Shown here piece after piece: positions 9,951-18,610 of a stretch of 64,000 bases of DNA. Numbering within the stretch: position 1 is the first letter of the stretch; each line of letters starts with the position of its first letter. The notes below the pieces were generated by a model. The model was not told the DNA's origin. It saw only the letters and a list, made by a program, of their open reading frames with translations, and made no database searches. The stretch comes from a virus. A program made the translations under genes and the position numbers. The stretch covers positions 58,902 to 122,901 of the IMG/VR virus record IMGVR_UViG_3300011339_000793; one strand, written 5' to 3'.

Positions 9951-10902
9951 TGTCGGTTCCCTCCTCCTCTAAATCTGGAAGTAAATCAGCATCTAAACTT
10001 TCATAACCCAACGAGGCTAATAGTGATGCCCTCTTGAAAGGGTCTTCCCCGTTTCTTACTGCACGAAGCCAAGAGGCGCGAATAGCGTGCTCTGCTTCAT
10101 AACCAAAACCTGAATACTCTGCCATAGCAATAATTGCATCTTCTGGGTATTCGTAATCTTCTCTATTACCAAGAACGATTTCAAGTTCTTTGTTTACAGA
10201 ATATTCTTGTAACTCTTCTTCTGTAGGACCAAAGTCTTTTTTAATAACTCCATCTGGAAGAACTGCGAATCGGCAAACCCCTAGTGGTTCTACTGGTAAA
10301 GAAATAATCTTGCATTGGTCTCCGCCAGCATACAAAACACAGTTGCCGCAGTGGACGCCAATCTCTTGGTCTTTGTTTTCCGCAGCGGGTGTGTATCCAG
10401 CCCAGATGCCACTCTCGTCCTCGTTAAACTTTCCATACTTCTGAGAAATTTCTATCAGTGCTTGTGCTAAATCTTGTTCTTCTGGAACTAAACCAGCAGC
10501 GGTAACAGATGCGCTCTTTTTTGCAGAGCGAGCGTGGTTTGGTGGAAGCAAATCATTATCTGATTTATAAGCAGAGTTAGTTGGCCTTCCAGACTTAACT
10601 AACTTGAGGAACGCATTTACACGACCCATTGCCCATTGATTGCGATTCATTCCAGGACGATGAGAAACGGAGTATGCACCAGCACCACGGCGATAAACTG
10701 CTTTGAGTTTTCCTAGAGTAACTTTCTTAGAAGACTTTTCATTGTGAGTTTTTACTTTTTCCTTCAAAGACTTTTCTACAGCAGCAGAAAACTTTACAGA
10801 GCGAGCAACCTTTCCTGTTGCAGCAGAGCCCTTCGAGTTTTTAGATGAACCCTTTACTCTATCTTTTTTAGGAGCAGGAGTTTGAGAAACAGTGCGTGAC
10901 AT
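9943..10902 (-). CDS. Head-associated protein with KAVYRRGxGAY...DNDLLP domain and a 4-Cys (HiPIP-like) motif
   Basis: Between portal and giant gene; motif LKAVYRRGAGAY-WAMGRVNAFL-DNDLLP, which I recall from phage head-morphogenesis loci; CGNC..C..GVC. Confidence 0.6.
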   Translation of the reverse strand: MSRTVSQTPAPKKDRVKGSSKNSKGSAATGKVARSVKFSAAVEKSLKEKVKTHNEKSSKKVTLGKLKAVYRRGAGAYSVSHRPGMNRNQWAMGRVNAFLKLVKSGRPTNSAYKSDNDLLPPNHARSAKKSASVTAAGLVPEEQDLAQALIEISQKYGKFNEDESGIWAGYTPAAENKDQEIGVHCGNCVLYAGGDQCKIISLPVEPLGVCRFAVLPDGVIKKDFGPTEEELQEYSVNKELEIVLGNREDYEYPEDAIIAMAEYSGFGYEAEHAIRASWLRAVRNGEDPFKRASLLASLGYESLDADLLPDLEEEGTDNE

Positions 10903-12638
10903 TACTGCTCTTGCCCTTCTGCTGGTGGTGTTGCAGGTGTGCCTGTCGCTGCTTCCATAATCATCTGGTCTTGTTCAGGAGTTAGTCCTGTCTGAGAGGC
11001 TGCTACTGCTTGCTCTCTAACTTCATTCATAACTTCTGGAGCAAAGGTTGCTAAGAATGTTTCAGTAAGTTCTGGAGTAATAACTCCCTTCTCATAAAGC
11101 ATTCGTAGAGCAAATTCGTTTGGAGTAGGTGCATCTGCATCAGAGAAACCGTGAGCACGACGCCACGCTGCTTGGCTAACAACGCCTCTGTCATATCCAG
11201 AGTCTGCATCCATAGCACGGTCATTGCGTGTAGAAACTTGTGAAGGGTCATACCAAACAACAACCTTCTCAACTTCGGCAGGGCTGTATCCCTGTGCTAC
11301 TAGATATGGACGAAGATAAACAATTGTTAGTGCATCAGCAATAAGTAGCATCAAAGGTTCAATGTGAGCCTTGTATAGGGACTCATCAATTTGAAGCGCA
11401 TTGGAATACTTAACATTTGCAAGACCTGTAACAACATCCTTTGGAACATCAAGTCCCTGCAAGATACGTTCTAGAACACGGTCAGCACGTTGAACTAGTG
11501 TTGCATCGAAAGAACGCTCGAACTTAAATTGCTTAATTTTTTCGCCAAGTTCGGCTGGACCACGAATGATAAGAGGAACAACTGCTGATGCTGACTCTTC
11601 ATCACGAATAGGAGTCGTCATAGCATCAATTAGTTGCTCTTCAAACTCGTCTTCTGCCTCTTCGGCAACAAACTGAGGATTCAATTCGTTATCTGTATCG
11701 TATGGATAGTCTGGGTCGCCACCTGATGCAACTGATAAACCATCTGGTAAATAAAGTGCGCCAGCGTTTAGGCGAGAGCGTGCTGTTGCACGGAAAGTTC
11801 TGTTAAGAAGAAGTAGTTCGGCGCAAAGGTCAAGCAAACCACGAAGTGATGAATCTGCTTCATCTGAATAACGAGGATGTGAACGCCAGATACGACCAAC
11901 AAACGCACCGTTCGTTAGTTTTTTAACTCCAACAGCATTTTGTGCGCCGTATTGTTCACGACGAGAAATAACGTTGTATCCACCGCGAGCATCTGTTGTA
12001 ACTTCATCAATAGAACGAATGTCCCAAGACTCTGGAAGTCCAGTTCCCTTTAGTTCTGGCATTTGAACTAAATAACATTCTCCAGCAACTGAAAGATTTA
12101 GAGCAGCATCACGAAGAAGCCCTGCTTGTCCGCCATATGCAGAATCTAAACGAGCAAGTGCTCGTTCTGCTGCTGCTGCGAGTTTAGGGTCAATCGTTGA
12201 GGAATCTCTTACAGATGCTGGAGAGTCTGAAGGATTGTCAATAACTGCTGCATAAATACGAATACGAGAAACAACGGATGCAACTAAATTAAAAGCGTAT
12301 TTGATTTCTCCAATAGCATCATAATATTCCCAGGCTTCTGCTTGCCAAGCCGATGACGCTGCAGCACGCCGATTTCTAAACTGTTCAAACTCCCCTTTAT
12401 CATTTATCTTTAGTTGAACTGCTGCTGCTGTTAGTGTTCTTGGAGTTGAATATGATACTGACTGAGCAGGATTAGAAATAAATACTGATGCTGGTCCAGT
12501 TACTTTTGGAGTTGTATATAAAACTTGAGTAGAACGACTGCTTCTGCGTCGTGAATTCTTTTTGGATTTAGGAGTATCTTTTTGTTTTGCTGGTGCCGGT
12601 TGCGCTGGCTGTTCTTCGCCGCGTTGAAAAACGCTCAT
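10902..12638 (-). CDS. Portal protein
   Basis: AWQAEAWEYYDAIGEIKYAFNLVASVVSRIRIYAA resembles actinophage (cluster B-like) portals; SD AAGGAG precedes ATG at 12638. Confidence 0.85.
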   Translation of the reverse strand: MSVFQRGEEQPAQPAPAKQKDTPKSKKNSRRRSSRSTQVLYTTPKVTGPASVFISNPAQSVSYSTPRTLTAAAVQLKINDKGEFEQFRNRRAAASSAWQAEAWEYYDAIGEIKYAFNLVASVVSRIRIYAAVIDNPSDSPASVRDSSTIDPKLAAAAERALARLDSAYGGQAGLLRDAALNLSVAGECYLVQMPELKGTGLPESWDIRSIDEVTTDARGGYNVISRREQYGAQNAVGVKKLTNGAFVGRIWRSHPRYSDEADSSLRGLLDLCAELLLLNRTFRATARSRLNAGALYLPDGLSVASGGDPDYPYDTDNELNPQFVAEEAEDEFEEQLIDAMTTPIRDEESASAVVPLIIRGPAELGEKIKQFKFERSFDATLVQRADRVLERILQGLDVPKDVVTGLANVKYSNALQIDESLYKAHIEPLMLLIADALTIVYLRPYLVAQGYSPAEVEKVVVWYDPSQVSTRNDRAMDADSGYDRGVVSQAAWRRAHGFSDADAPTPNEFALRMLYEKGVITPELTETFLATFAPEVMNEVREQAVAASQTGLTPEQDQMIMEAATGTPATPPAEGQEQ

Positions 12639-12672
12639 AGACTTACTCCTTGTCTTTTTCACGGAATACGAA

Positions 12673-12975
12673 TCAATCTCTATCTTCGTATGCGGCTAAA
12701 AGGCCCGCCACGGCTGATAGTCCTAAGACTATACAAATGTAGAGGGTTACCTTAGGCATAATAATACTTGATAGAACGACTATTGATGCTGTCCAAACGC
12801 TCATACACCACATACAAGTGAATAGATATCCAAGCCCCCCTCTCTCTGGCTTAAACTTTTTCCAGATTAGATTTCTGACCGAAGAGAAGATTTCATCTCG
12901 TGTCAAGAAACGAGCAAGACGGTATGTAGCCAATGCCCCAATAAGGAAGCCGAAAAAATCAGTTGTTATCATCAT
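12673..12975 (-). CDS. DUF1360-family membrane protein
   Basis: LATYRLARFLTRDEIF...LFTCMWCMSVW motif; commonly next to actinophage portals. Confidence 0.75.
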   Translation of the reverse strand: MMITTDFFGFLIGALATYRLARFLTRDEIFSSVRNLIWKKFKPERGGLGYLFTCMWCMSVWTASIVVLSSIIMPKVTLYICIVLGLSAVAGLLAAYEDRD

Positions 12976-13324
12976 CAGCCATAATAACGCTTCCGTATGG
13001 ATACCAGGACCTTAGACGCGACCCGCAGCCACAATTCTCATCTTTTCTAAAAACTATATTTTTATCGCCAACTGTCAGAACTCTATGGAGTTTGCCCTCT
13101 TTATTGTATGAAAGTATTTTTTCTTGGAAAACGAGTTTAGGACCTTCAGGAGAATCAATGGCGATAAGAATGGTTTCATCAACTACTACCACCCGCGCCT
13201 TGTCTACTCTACGAGTTCCCTCAGGGGCGTCTCCGCCTGTAGGTAGAAACAACTCTAAAGAGCCCGTAAAACCTTCAGGGGCCAAAGCCGCTCTTGCTGG
13301 AAAAACGTCTGCATGAACTCTCAC
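12959..13324 (-). CDS. Hypothetical protein (CGCG motif)
   Basis: ORF overlaps neighbours in the head operon. Confidence 0.7.
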   Translation of the reverse strand: MRVHADVFPARAALAPEGFTGSLELFLPTGGDAPEGTRRVDKARVVVVDETILIAIDSPEGPKLVFQEKILSYNKEGKLHRVLTVGDKNIVFRKDENCGCGSRLRSWYPYGSVIMADDDNN

Positions 13325-13668
13325 TTAAACTCCTTATACTCGGTTGGGATATAAAAGTTTTCCCAGCCAAGATATTGTTTTGCCATAGCAATTGGGACTA
13401 GGAGAGGTTTCTCTCTAGTTGCTTTTCCTCCGAACAGAACTTCATCAATCTCCTCAGAACTTCTAGCAACCTGACAATACATCCACGACTCAATGGTTTG
13501 TAGAATCTCTAGAGGAAAAGCGATGGGGTATACAGATTTATCGGAGGTAAGAGTCTCTAGTGGTCTTGCGTTAGGTCGAGCCTTTTCTTTTTTAGGGTTA
13601 GACCATATTGCAATAACCATTTCATTCTCTGAATATGTTCCTGAAGATGTCTTATAGGTTCTAGCCAT
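13321..13668 (-). CDS. Hypothetical protein
   Basis: ORF coupled to neighbours. Confidence 0.7.
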   Translation of the reverse strand: MARTYKTSSGTYSENEMVIAIWSNPKKEKARPNARPLETLTSDKSVYPIAFPLEILQTIESWMYCQVARSSEEIDEVLFGGKATREKPLLVPIAMAKQYLGWENFYIPTEYKEFK

Positions 13669-14161
13669 TAGATAAGCGCCTTGCTATTGCTCTATAAGTA
13701 ACTCCTGCTGCCTCAGCAATGTCTGCGGCTGGAATACCTCTGTTGTATAACATACGAGCAAGGTGGGTAAACTCTTGATTAGCGATGGCTAGCGGGCTAT
13801 CTGGAGCCGTTTTAGACCTATACCTGTTGGCTAGGCTTGCTAATTCTTTTAGACGCGGCTTGAGGTCTGCTGGAACGCTTGGAGATATAGAGCGTAGTCG
13901 AGGGGTGCTGAGTAGCGGTGCCGTAGAGGTCAAAGACTTAGGTGGAGTTGGCGGTAAAGGCCTTCTCTGCTCTTGAGTGGTGGCGTTTTGAACCCAGAAG
14001 TGAACTGTTGATTTAGGTTTCTTTGGTTCGAGGGAGTTGGCCATAATCCCTAAAGACCAGCCTGATTCCCAGAGGGCTTTCAGACGTCCGTGAAGTAGGT
14101 CCGTTGGGAGTGAAGAAAGAAATCTCACCTCATCTGCTGGGAGTTTTATCTTCTTCTTCAT
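13661..14161 (-). CDS. Double helix-turn-helix DNA-binding protein (paralog 1)
   Basis: WSLGIMANSL and IPAADIAEAAGVTYRAIARRL HTH-like segments; similar to 17146-17811 and 55241-55810. Confidence 0.7.
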   Translation of the reverse strand: MKKKIKLPADEVRFLSSLPTDLLHGRLKALWESGWSLGIMANSLEPKKPKSTVHFWVQNATTQEQRRPLPPTPPKSLTSTAPLLSTPRLRSISPSVPADLKPRLKELASLANRYRSKTAPDSPLAIANQEFTHLARMLYNRGIPAADIAEAAGVTYRAIARRLSNG

Positions 14162-14605
14162 ATGCTTATCTTACAGTAAATAATAAACCCGTACATAGTC
14201 CTAATCACCATTTCTATTGGACGAAGGAAAAGAAAATATGAATGTTTCCAAAAAATGCTTTTGGCCTGTGAGATGGAAGTAGTAGTATTTAGCGTTCGAC
14301 CAAATCGTTTCCAAAGTCTTTTTTATAATCTATAAACAATTTGTTTTTGTTTGATTTCTTCTGACAAAGGGCTCTTGTTTTTTATTTTTATTTGTTTGTC
14401 TGGAAACCTTCCTACCTTTCATTGTGTAAATAGTCAAAGTTGAGCCAATACGACTCAACTTTATGACTTGAGAATAGTTTTTTGTTTTGTTCTTGTTTTA
14501 TAATTTACTTTTTAGTTATCTATAAAGTTTTGTTTAGAAAAAATGTTTGACTTATCTATGATGTTTTATTTATAAACTATAAATCTTTACTAGAGAGTCA
14601 AGGTG

Positions 14606-14711
14606 CTACTAACTAGTAGGCTCTGACTACTAACACTCTTACTACTGGCTAGTAGGTCTAGTGATACTGACTAGTAGCCTAGAGGGTAGGGGTCTTGCTA
14701 CTGGCTAGTAG
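14606..14711. promoter_or_regulatory. Four palindromic operator-like sites CTACT-N4-AGTAG
   Basis: 14606-14619, 14642-14655, 14664-14677 (1 mismatch), 14698-14711; between divergent promoters. Confidence 0.65.
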
Positions 14712-14725
14712 CCTACCTACCTGCC

Positions 14726-14753
14726 TTGACAAAGGCTCTAGCCTATGTAAGAT
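14726..14753 (+). promoter_or_regulatory. Sigma-70/SigA-type promoter
   Basis: TTGACA-16-TAAGAT. Confidence 0.5.
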
Positions 14754-14782
14754 AACTAACAGGGGGTAGGCGTGTCTATGAC

Positions 14783-14836
14783 TTGACAGGGCTTATAGGT
14801 AGTGTAGTCTTATCTCATAAGCACAAGGGGTGCTTA
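14783..14836 (+). promoter_or_regulatory. Promoter cassette copy 1 (TTGACA/TAGTCT + TAAGCAC-AAGGG-GTGCTTA palindrome)
   Basis: Near-identical to copies at 15154 and 15575. Confidence 0.8.
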
Positions 14837-14857
14837 GGAATACGAAAGGGAAAACAA

Positions 14858-15079
14858 ATGGCACAACACGGAGTAAGTATTACAACAGAAGGACACCACT
14901 ATAACTTCGTAGTAGATACAACCCCTCAGGTTAGGGAACTACTGCTAGGCACTACCGCACCTATTAGTGAGGTAATTGTTATGGAGGAAGGCTACGGCAA
15001 GGAAGCCCGTATGCTAACAGCCGAGGAAATCTTGGCTATTATCCTCAACCACCCTAAACAGGCATTATCTCTAGCCTAA
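14858..15079 (+). CDS. Small early hypothetical protein (73 aa)
   Basis: SD GAAAGGG before ATG 14858; followed by terminator. Confidence 0.8.
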   Translation: MAQHGVSITTEGHHYNFVVDTTPQVRELLLGTTAPISEVIVMEEGYGKEARMLTAEEILAIILNHPKQALSLA

Positions 15080-15093
15080 TAGACTAGGCAAGG

Positions 15094-15117
15094 AAGCCCC
15101 CGAGAGGGGGCTTTTTT
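15094..15117 (+). terminator. Rho-independent terminator
   Basis: AAGCCCCC-GAGA-GGGGGCTT followed by T-run. Confidence 0.85.
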
Positions 15118-15153
15118 GTTATCAAATTGTTATCTAAATCACCTGAAATCAAC

Positions 15154-15208
15154 TTGACACGCTTACCCGCATAGCATAGTCTTATCTCATAAGCACAAGG
15201 GGTGCTTA
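15154..15208 (+). promoter_or_regulatory. Promoter cassette copy 2
   Basis: TTGACA-17-TAGTCT then TAAGCAC-AAGGG-GTGCTTA. Confidence 0.8.
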
Positions 15209-15224
15209 CAAAGGGGGCAACACA

Positions 15225-15392
15225 ATGGAAGGTCTAACACTAGACACAGAATTCTCAACAATGGGAATGACTTTCGAGGGCGAAGAACCCGCAAAACTAA
15301 AAGTAAATAAGAAGGCTCGCTATTGCGAGTGTGGCACTAAACTCTCAATGTATAACCTAGAGAGTGCTTGCTACCGCCACCAAAGAAACTAA
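15225..15392 (+). CDS. Small Cys/His-containing early protein (55 aa, MEGLTLDTEF...CECG...CYRH)
   Basis: Hand-translated; SD AAAGGGGG; terminator follows. Confidence 0.75.
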   Translation: MEGLTLDTEFSTMGMTFEGEEPAKLKVNKKARYCECGTKLSMYNLESACYRHQRN

Positions 15393-15404
15393 GACTCAGA
15401 GAGA

Positions 15405-15430
15405 AGCCCCTCCGCAAGGAGGGGTTTTTC
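15405..15430 (+). terminator. Rho-independent terminator
   Basis: GCCCCTCC-GCAA-GGAGGGGT followed by T-run. Confidence 0.8.
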
Positions 15431-15574
15431 TTTCCCCCGAGTGGAGTAGCAAAAAGTAAAAAACAAACAAAGCGAGGGCAAAGAAACAAAAATTGTTCAT
15501 AGTGAGCAAAGCCGGCACCCGAGTATTTTTCTGACACGGCAAAGAAAAGTGATAGACAACACACCCCCCTAGAC

Positions 15575-15629
15575 TTGACAAGCGTGTAGAACTATTATAG
15601 TATTTACTCATAAGCACAAGGAGTGCTTA
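15575..15629 (+). promoter_or_regulatory. Promoter cassette copy 3
   Basis: TTGACA-17-TAGTAT then TAAGCAC-AAGGA-GTGCTTA. Confidence 0.8.
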
Positions 15630-15645
15630 TAGAAAAGGAAAGAAA

Positions 15646-15804
15646 ATGAAAGGGCTACCTGATAGTGCGGTAGTAGGAACCTATAAGAGGCTTGCCCGCA
15701 AGCCACGCCGTGGTCGTAGTCATAAAGACGAACAGTATTACCAAGATGTAGCAGACATTATGAACGGCTGGATTTACAAACTAACTAGTTTCTTTAGACG
15801 ATAA
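15646..15804 (+). CDS. Small basic early protein (52 aa), paralog of 22883-23059
   Basis: Hand-translated MKGLPDSAVVGTYKRLARKPRRGRSHKDEQYYQDVADIMNGW; SD AAAGGAAAG. Confidence 0.8.
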   Translation: MKGLPDSAVVGTYKRLARKPRRGRSHKDEQYYQDVADIMNGWIYKLTSFFRR

Positions 15805-15840
15805 CCGCAACTTGACAAAAGAGAAAGTAGCAGAGATACT

Positions 15841-17070
15841 ATGCCTATGAAACCAACAGACGCACTAGACATACTTTCAGACTTCAAGGCACGGAGTAAA
15901 GACCGCCTATGGCAAGATGTAGTTAGACAAAACATTGCCATTAGTAATGGGGCTAAGTTTATCGGTGGACAGGTAGTAGAGGTAAGGGACAAACTATTAT
16001 CAGACCAACAAGATAAGAAAGAAAATACAGTTATTGAAAGTCTTGCCCGTATAGGTTTATCGGCAGAGTGTTTCTTTATCAAAGACGAAATGACAGACCT
16101 AGTGTTGTTCGCTTCTCAAAAACTAGATGATACAGATTTGCTTGACACAGAACTAGCACCCGCAGACAGAGGATTTGCTTACTTCGAAAAACCTATTCCG
16201 CTTACAGATGTTAGAGGCAGAACTATGTTGATAAACATAATCACTTGGGAAAAAGGTTTAGATAACAAAGGGGTTGCTGGTGTTCACTTCTCTTGCTGGA
16301 ACGATACCGCAAAAACTCCTGACGAGTTTGCTTTAGAAATTATGGCAAAGGGTAATGATAGTAAAGACTATAAAGACTTTATAAGAAAGATAGGTCGCTT
16401 TCATTGGACACTAAGCACTTCGGCAACTAACGGCACTATCGTTGGAACTAAACAACTAGATTTATCAGAAGAACAACTAGAACAAATACGAAGAAGCACT
16501 TTCAGAAATAGTTATGGCGCATTGAACCCTCAACCAACCCTCAACGACTTAGAGGTTGTTGAAAAGATAACAAAGATGACAACACTTGAGAAAAATAAGT
16601 TATCCAAAGACGAAGCCACAGGTTTACAAGAAGAGTTAGGGTATGAACTACTTTCTGATGAAGAGTGGGAAGACTATAAACAACGAATAGTGTCTAGCCC
16701 AACAAACATAACCCGCATACTTCACGCTTACTGGCTACTTATGTCGCAGACGATTGTCGAGAGAGCAAAAGAAACTGGCGATAGAACACAACGCAGACGA
16801 TTGGCAAGAGAGAGTGTTCCTACCGAGGTTGTTGTTATTCAATTCCGCAAGCGTAAGTATTACAACGAAAAAGGCGAAGAAACCGAAGACAGTAAGAAAA
16901 TAGATTGGTCGCACAGGTGGCTAGTCGGTGGTCATTGGCGTTGGCAACCATACAAAGACCCCGTAAGTGGTGGCGAAATCAAAAAGCGTATTTGGATTAG
17001 TCCTTATGTAAAAGGTCCGGAAGATAAACCGCTAGTGATGAAGGACAGGGTTTATGTGCTGGCTAAGTAG
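15841..17070 (+). CDS. Conserved phage hypothetical protein (409 aa)
   Basis: C-terminal HRWLVGGHWRWQ...KRIWISPYVKGP motif that I recall from phage proteins of unknown function. Confidence 0.75.
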   Translation: MPMKPTDALDILSDFKARSKDRLWQDVVRQNIAISNGAKFIGGQVVEVRDKLLSDQQDKKENTVIESLARIGLSAECFFIKDEMTDLVLFASQKLDDTDLLDTELAPADRGFAYFEKPIPLTDVRGRTMLINIITWEKGLDNKGVAGVHFSCWNDTAKTPDEFALEIMAKGNDSKDYKDFIRKIGRFHWTLSTSATNGTIVGTKQLDLSEEQLEQIRRSTFRNSYGALNPQPTLNDLEVVEKITKMTTLEKNKLSKDEATGLQEELGYELLSDEEWEDYKQRIVSSPTNITRILHAYWLLMSQTIVERAKETGDRTQRRRLARESVPTEVVVIQFRKRKYYNEKGEETEDSKKIDWSHRWLVGGHWRWQPYKDPVSGGEIKKRIWISPYVKGPEDKPLVMKDRVYVLAK

Positions 17071-17094
17071 GAAAAAGCAAACGGCATAAACAAT

Positions 17095-17123
17095 TTGACA
17101 AGCAAGAGATTACTATGTAGTAT
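17095..17123 (+). promoter_or_regulatory. Sigma-70/SigA-type promoter
   Basis: TTGACA-17-TAGTAT. Confidence 0.75.
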
Positions 17124-17145
17124 TCTCCTAAACGAAAGGAAATAA

Positions 17146-17811
17146 ATGACGAAGAGAAACTTCAGGACAAATCCTGAACAGATGAGAAAGGCGCACTCTG
17201 CCCGCGAGGTGAACAGATACCCGCGAGTAAAGGCGATTAGTCCTGCTCTAAGCGGAACTATAAACAAACTTGGGCAGACACTACCGCAAGAGGTTGTTGA
17301 TGCTTTCGCAGATTGTACATACGAGGAACGCTCGAACTACATACACGAACTAATTGACAAGGGCTGGACACAAGCAAGCATTGGTAGAGCGTGTGGACTT
17401 TCAAGAGAAAGCATTAGACAAATCTCTAACGCAACTAAACACAACACTCAAACGAACTATCCTCTGCCCGAACCTCCACGCTATCCAATAGCGCAGAAGG
17501 TTGTCTATACAGAGCCACCCGCAGAGATGTTGGAACGACTAAAAGAACTTCAACCCTATGCTCAGAAGGTTAGGTCTTCCTCTCCTAAGTTTCGTGCCGA
17601 GGCTGAGGAATACACTTACTTACTAAATGAGGCAACTAAACTGGGAACTACGGTTTATCGTCTTGGTAAGTTATTGGGTATAACTCCTTCCGCAATTCAA
17701 TTTAGATTGGTAAGGTATGGCTATCGCACAAGCGAAGGAGAGAGTCGCTCTTACACAAAGATTGTAGAAAAGAACAAACTCAACAAGACAGAAGAAATGG
17801 TAAATGGCTAA
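17146..17811 (+). CDS. Double HTH DNA-binding protein (paralog 2)
   Basis: WTQASIGRACGLSRESIRQI and TVYRLGKLLGITPSAIQFRL HTH motifs. Confidence 0.75.
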   Translation: MTKRNFRTNPEQMRKAHSAREVNRYPRVKAISPALSGTINKLGQTLPQEVVDAFADCTYEERSNYIHELIDKGWTQASIGRACGLSRESIRQISNATKHNTQTNYPLPEPPRYPIAQKVVYTEPPAEMLERLKELQPYAQKVRSSSPKFRAEAEEYTYLLNEATKLGTTVYRLGKLLGITPSAIQFRLVRYGYRTSEGESRSYTKIVEKNKLNKTEEMVNG

Positions 17812-18169
17812 ACCGAAACCCTGCCCTAGATGTGGTAAATGGTATAACCCGCGCTTCTCTGGAACAGAAGAGATGTGCGGGTTCTGCTTCGTAAAAGAAA
17901 GAATAAGCGAACCAAAAGAAGAGTTAGATGATAAGCAAAAAGTAAAAATTGAAACAAAACAGCCGGTGATAGCAACAAAACCACGAACAACTTTACGACC
18001 TGCAACTAAAAATGCAGTGATTAAAGACGAAGAGTTCCTGGGAACTTGTAGTAAATGTGGATTACAGGTTGTAGGTTCTGAGGTTTATCACTCGGAACTA
18101 GGCTGGATTTTTTCTTGGGCTCATCAAAATGCTGACCGCACAAGAGCAAGTTTATGTTTGATTGCTTGA
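17804..18169 (+). CDS. Zinc-finger hypothetical protein
   Basis: CPRC..CGFC and CSKC..H..C motifs. Confidence 0.6.
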   Translation: MAKPKPCPRCGKWYNPRFSGTEEMCGFCFVKERISEPKEELDDKQKVKIETKQPVIATKPRTTLRPATKNAVIKDEEFLGTCSKCGLQVVGSEVYHSELGWIFSWAHQNADRTRASLCLIA

Positions 18170-18220
18170 CAAAGTAAGAAAACCCCTCTAGTTTCCTAGG
18201 GGGGCTTCCTTATTGGACTA

Positions 18221-18535
18221 TTAGTCTGCTGATTTCTTTCTGTCAACTAACGAAAACGCTTCGTTGATTTCTGTCGTTGTGAGTTTGCCGTCCGCAAGGT
18301 AAGCACGAGATAGTGCCTCCATTACAGTAGCGACTCCCAAACCACCCGCAAGGGCGATGGACTTCCATACCTCAATCCCAAACAAAGAACCTGCTCCGAC
18401 TACCGATAGCCCTGACGCAGCGAAAGTAGCAATAACTCTTCCAACAAGCATCTTCGCTTTTTCAACGAACCTGTCATCACGAGATTTTTCTACCGCAACT
18501 GCATTGTTTGCCTTCGCCATGTGTTGTCCTTCCAT
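18221..18535 (-). CDS. Small membrane protein, holin-like
   Basis: Two hydrophobic segments; downstream of transglycosylase and PG-binding genes. Confidence 0.5.
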   Translation of the reverse strand: MEGQHMAKANNAVAVEKSRDDRFVEKAKMLVGRVIATFAASGLSVVGAGSLFGIEVWKSIALAGGLGVATVMEALSRAYLADGKLTTTEINEAFSLVDRKKSAD

Positions 18536-18610
18536 AACCTACACGGGCGTAAAAAAACGCCCCGGCTAGTCAAGTTTATTTGACAGCCGAGGCGTTGATT
18601 TGTTTCTAAA

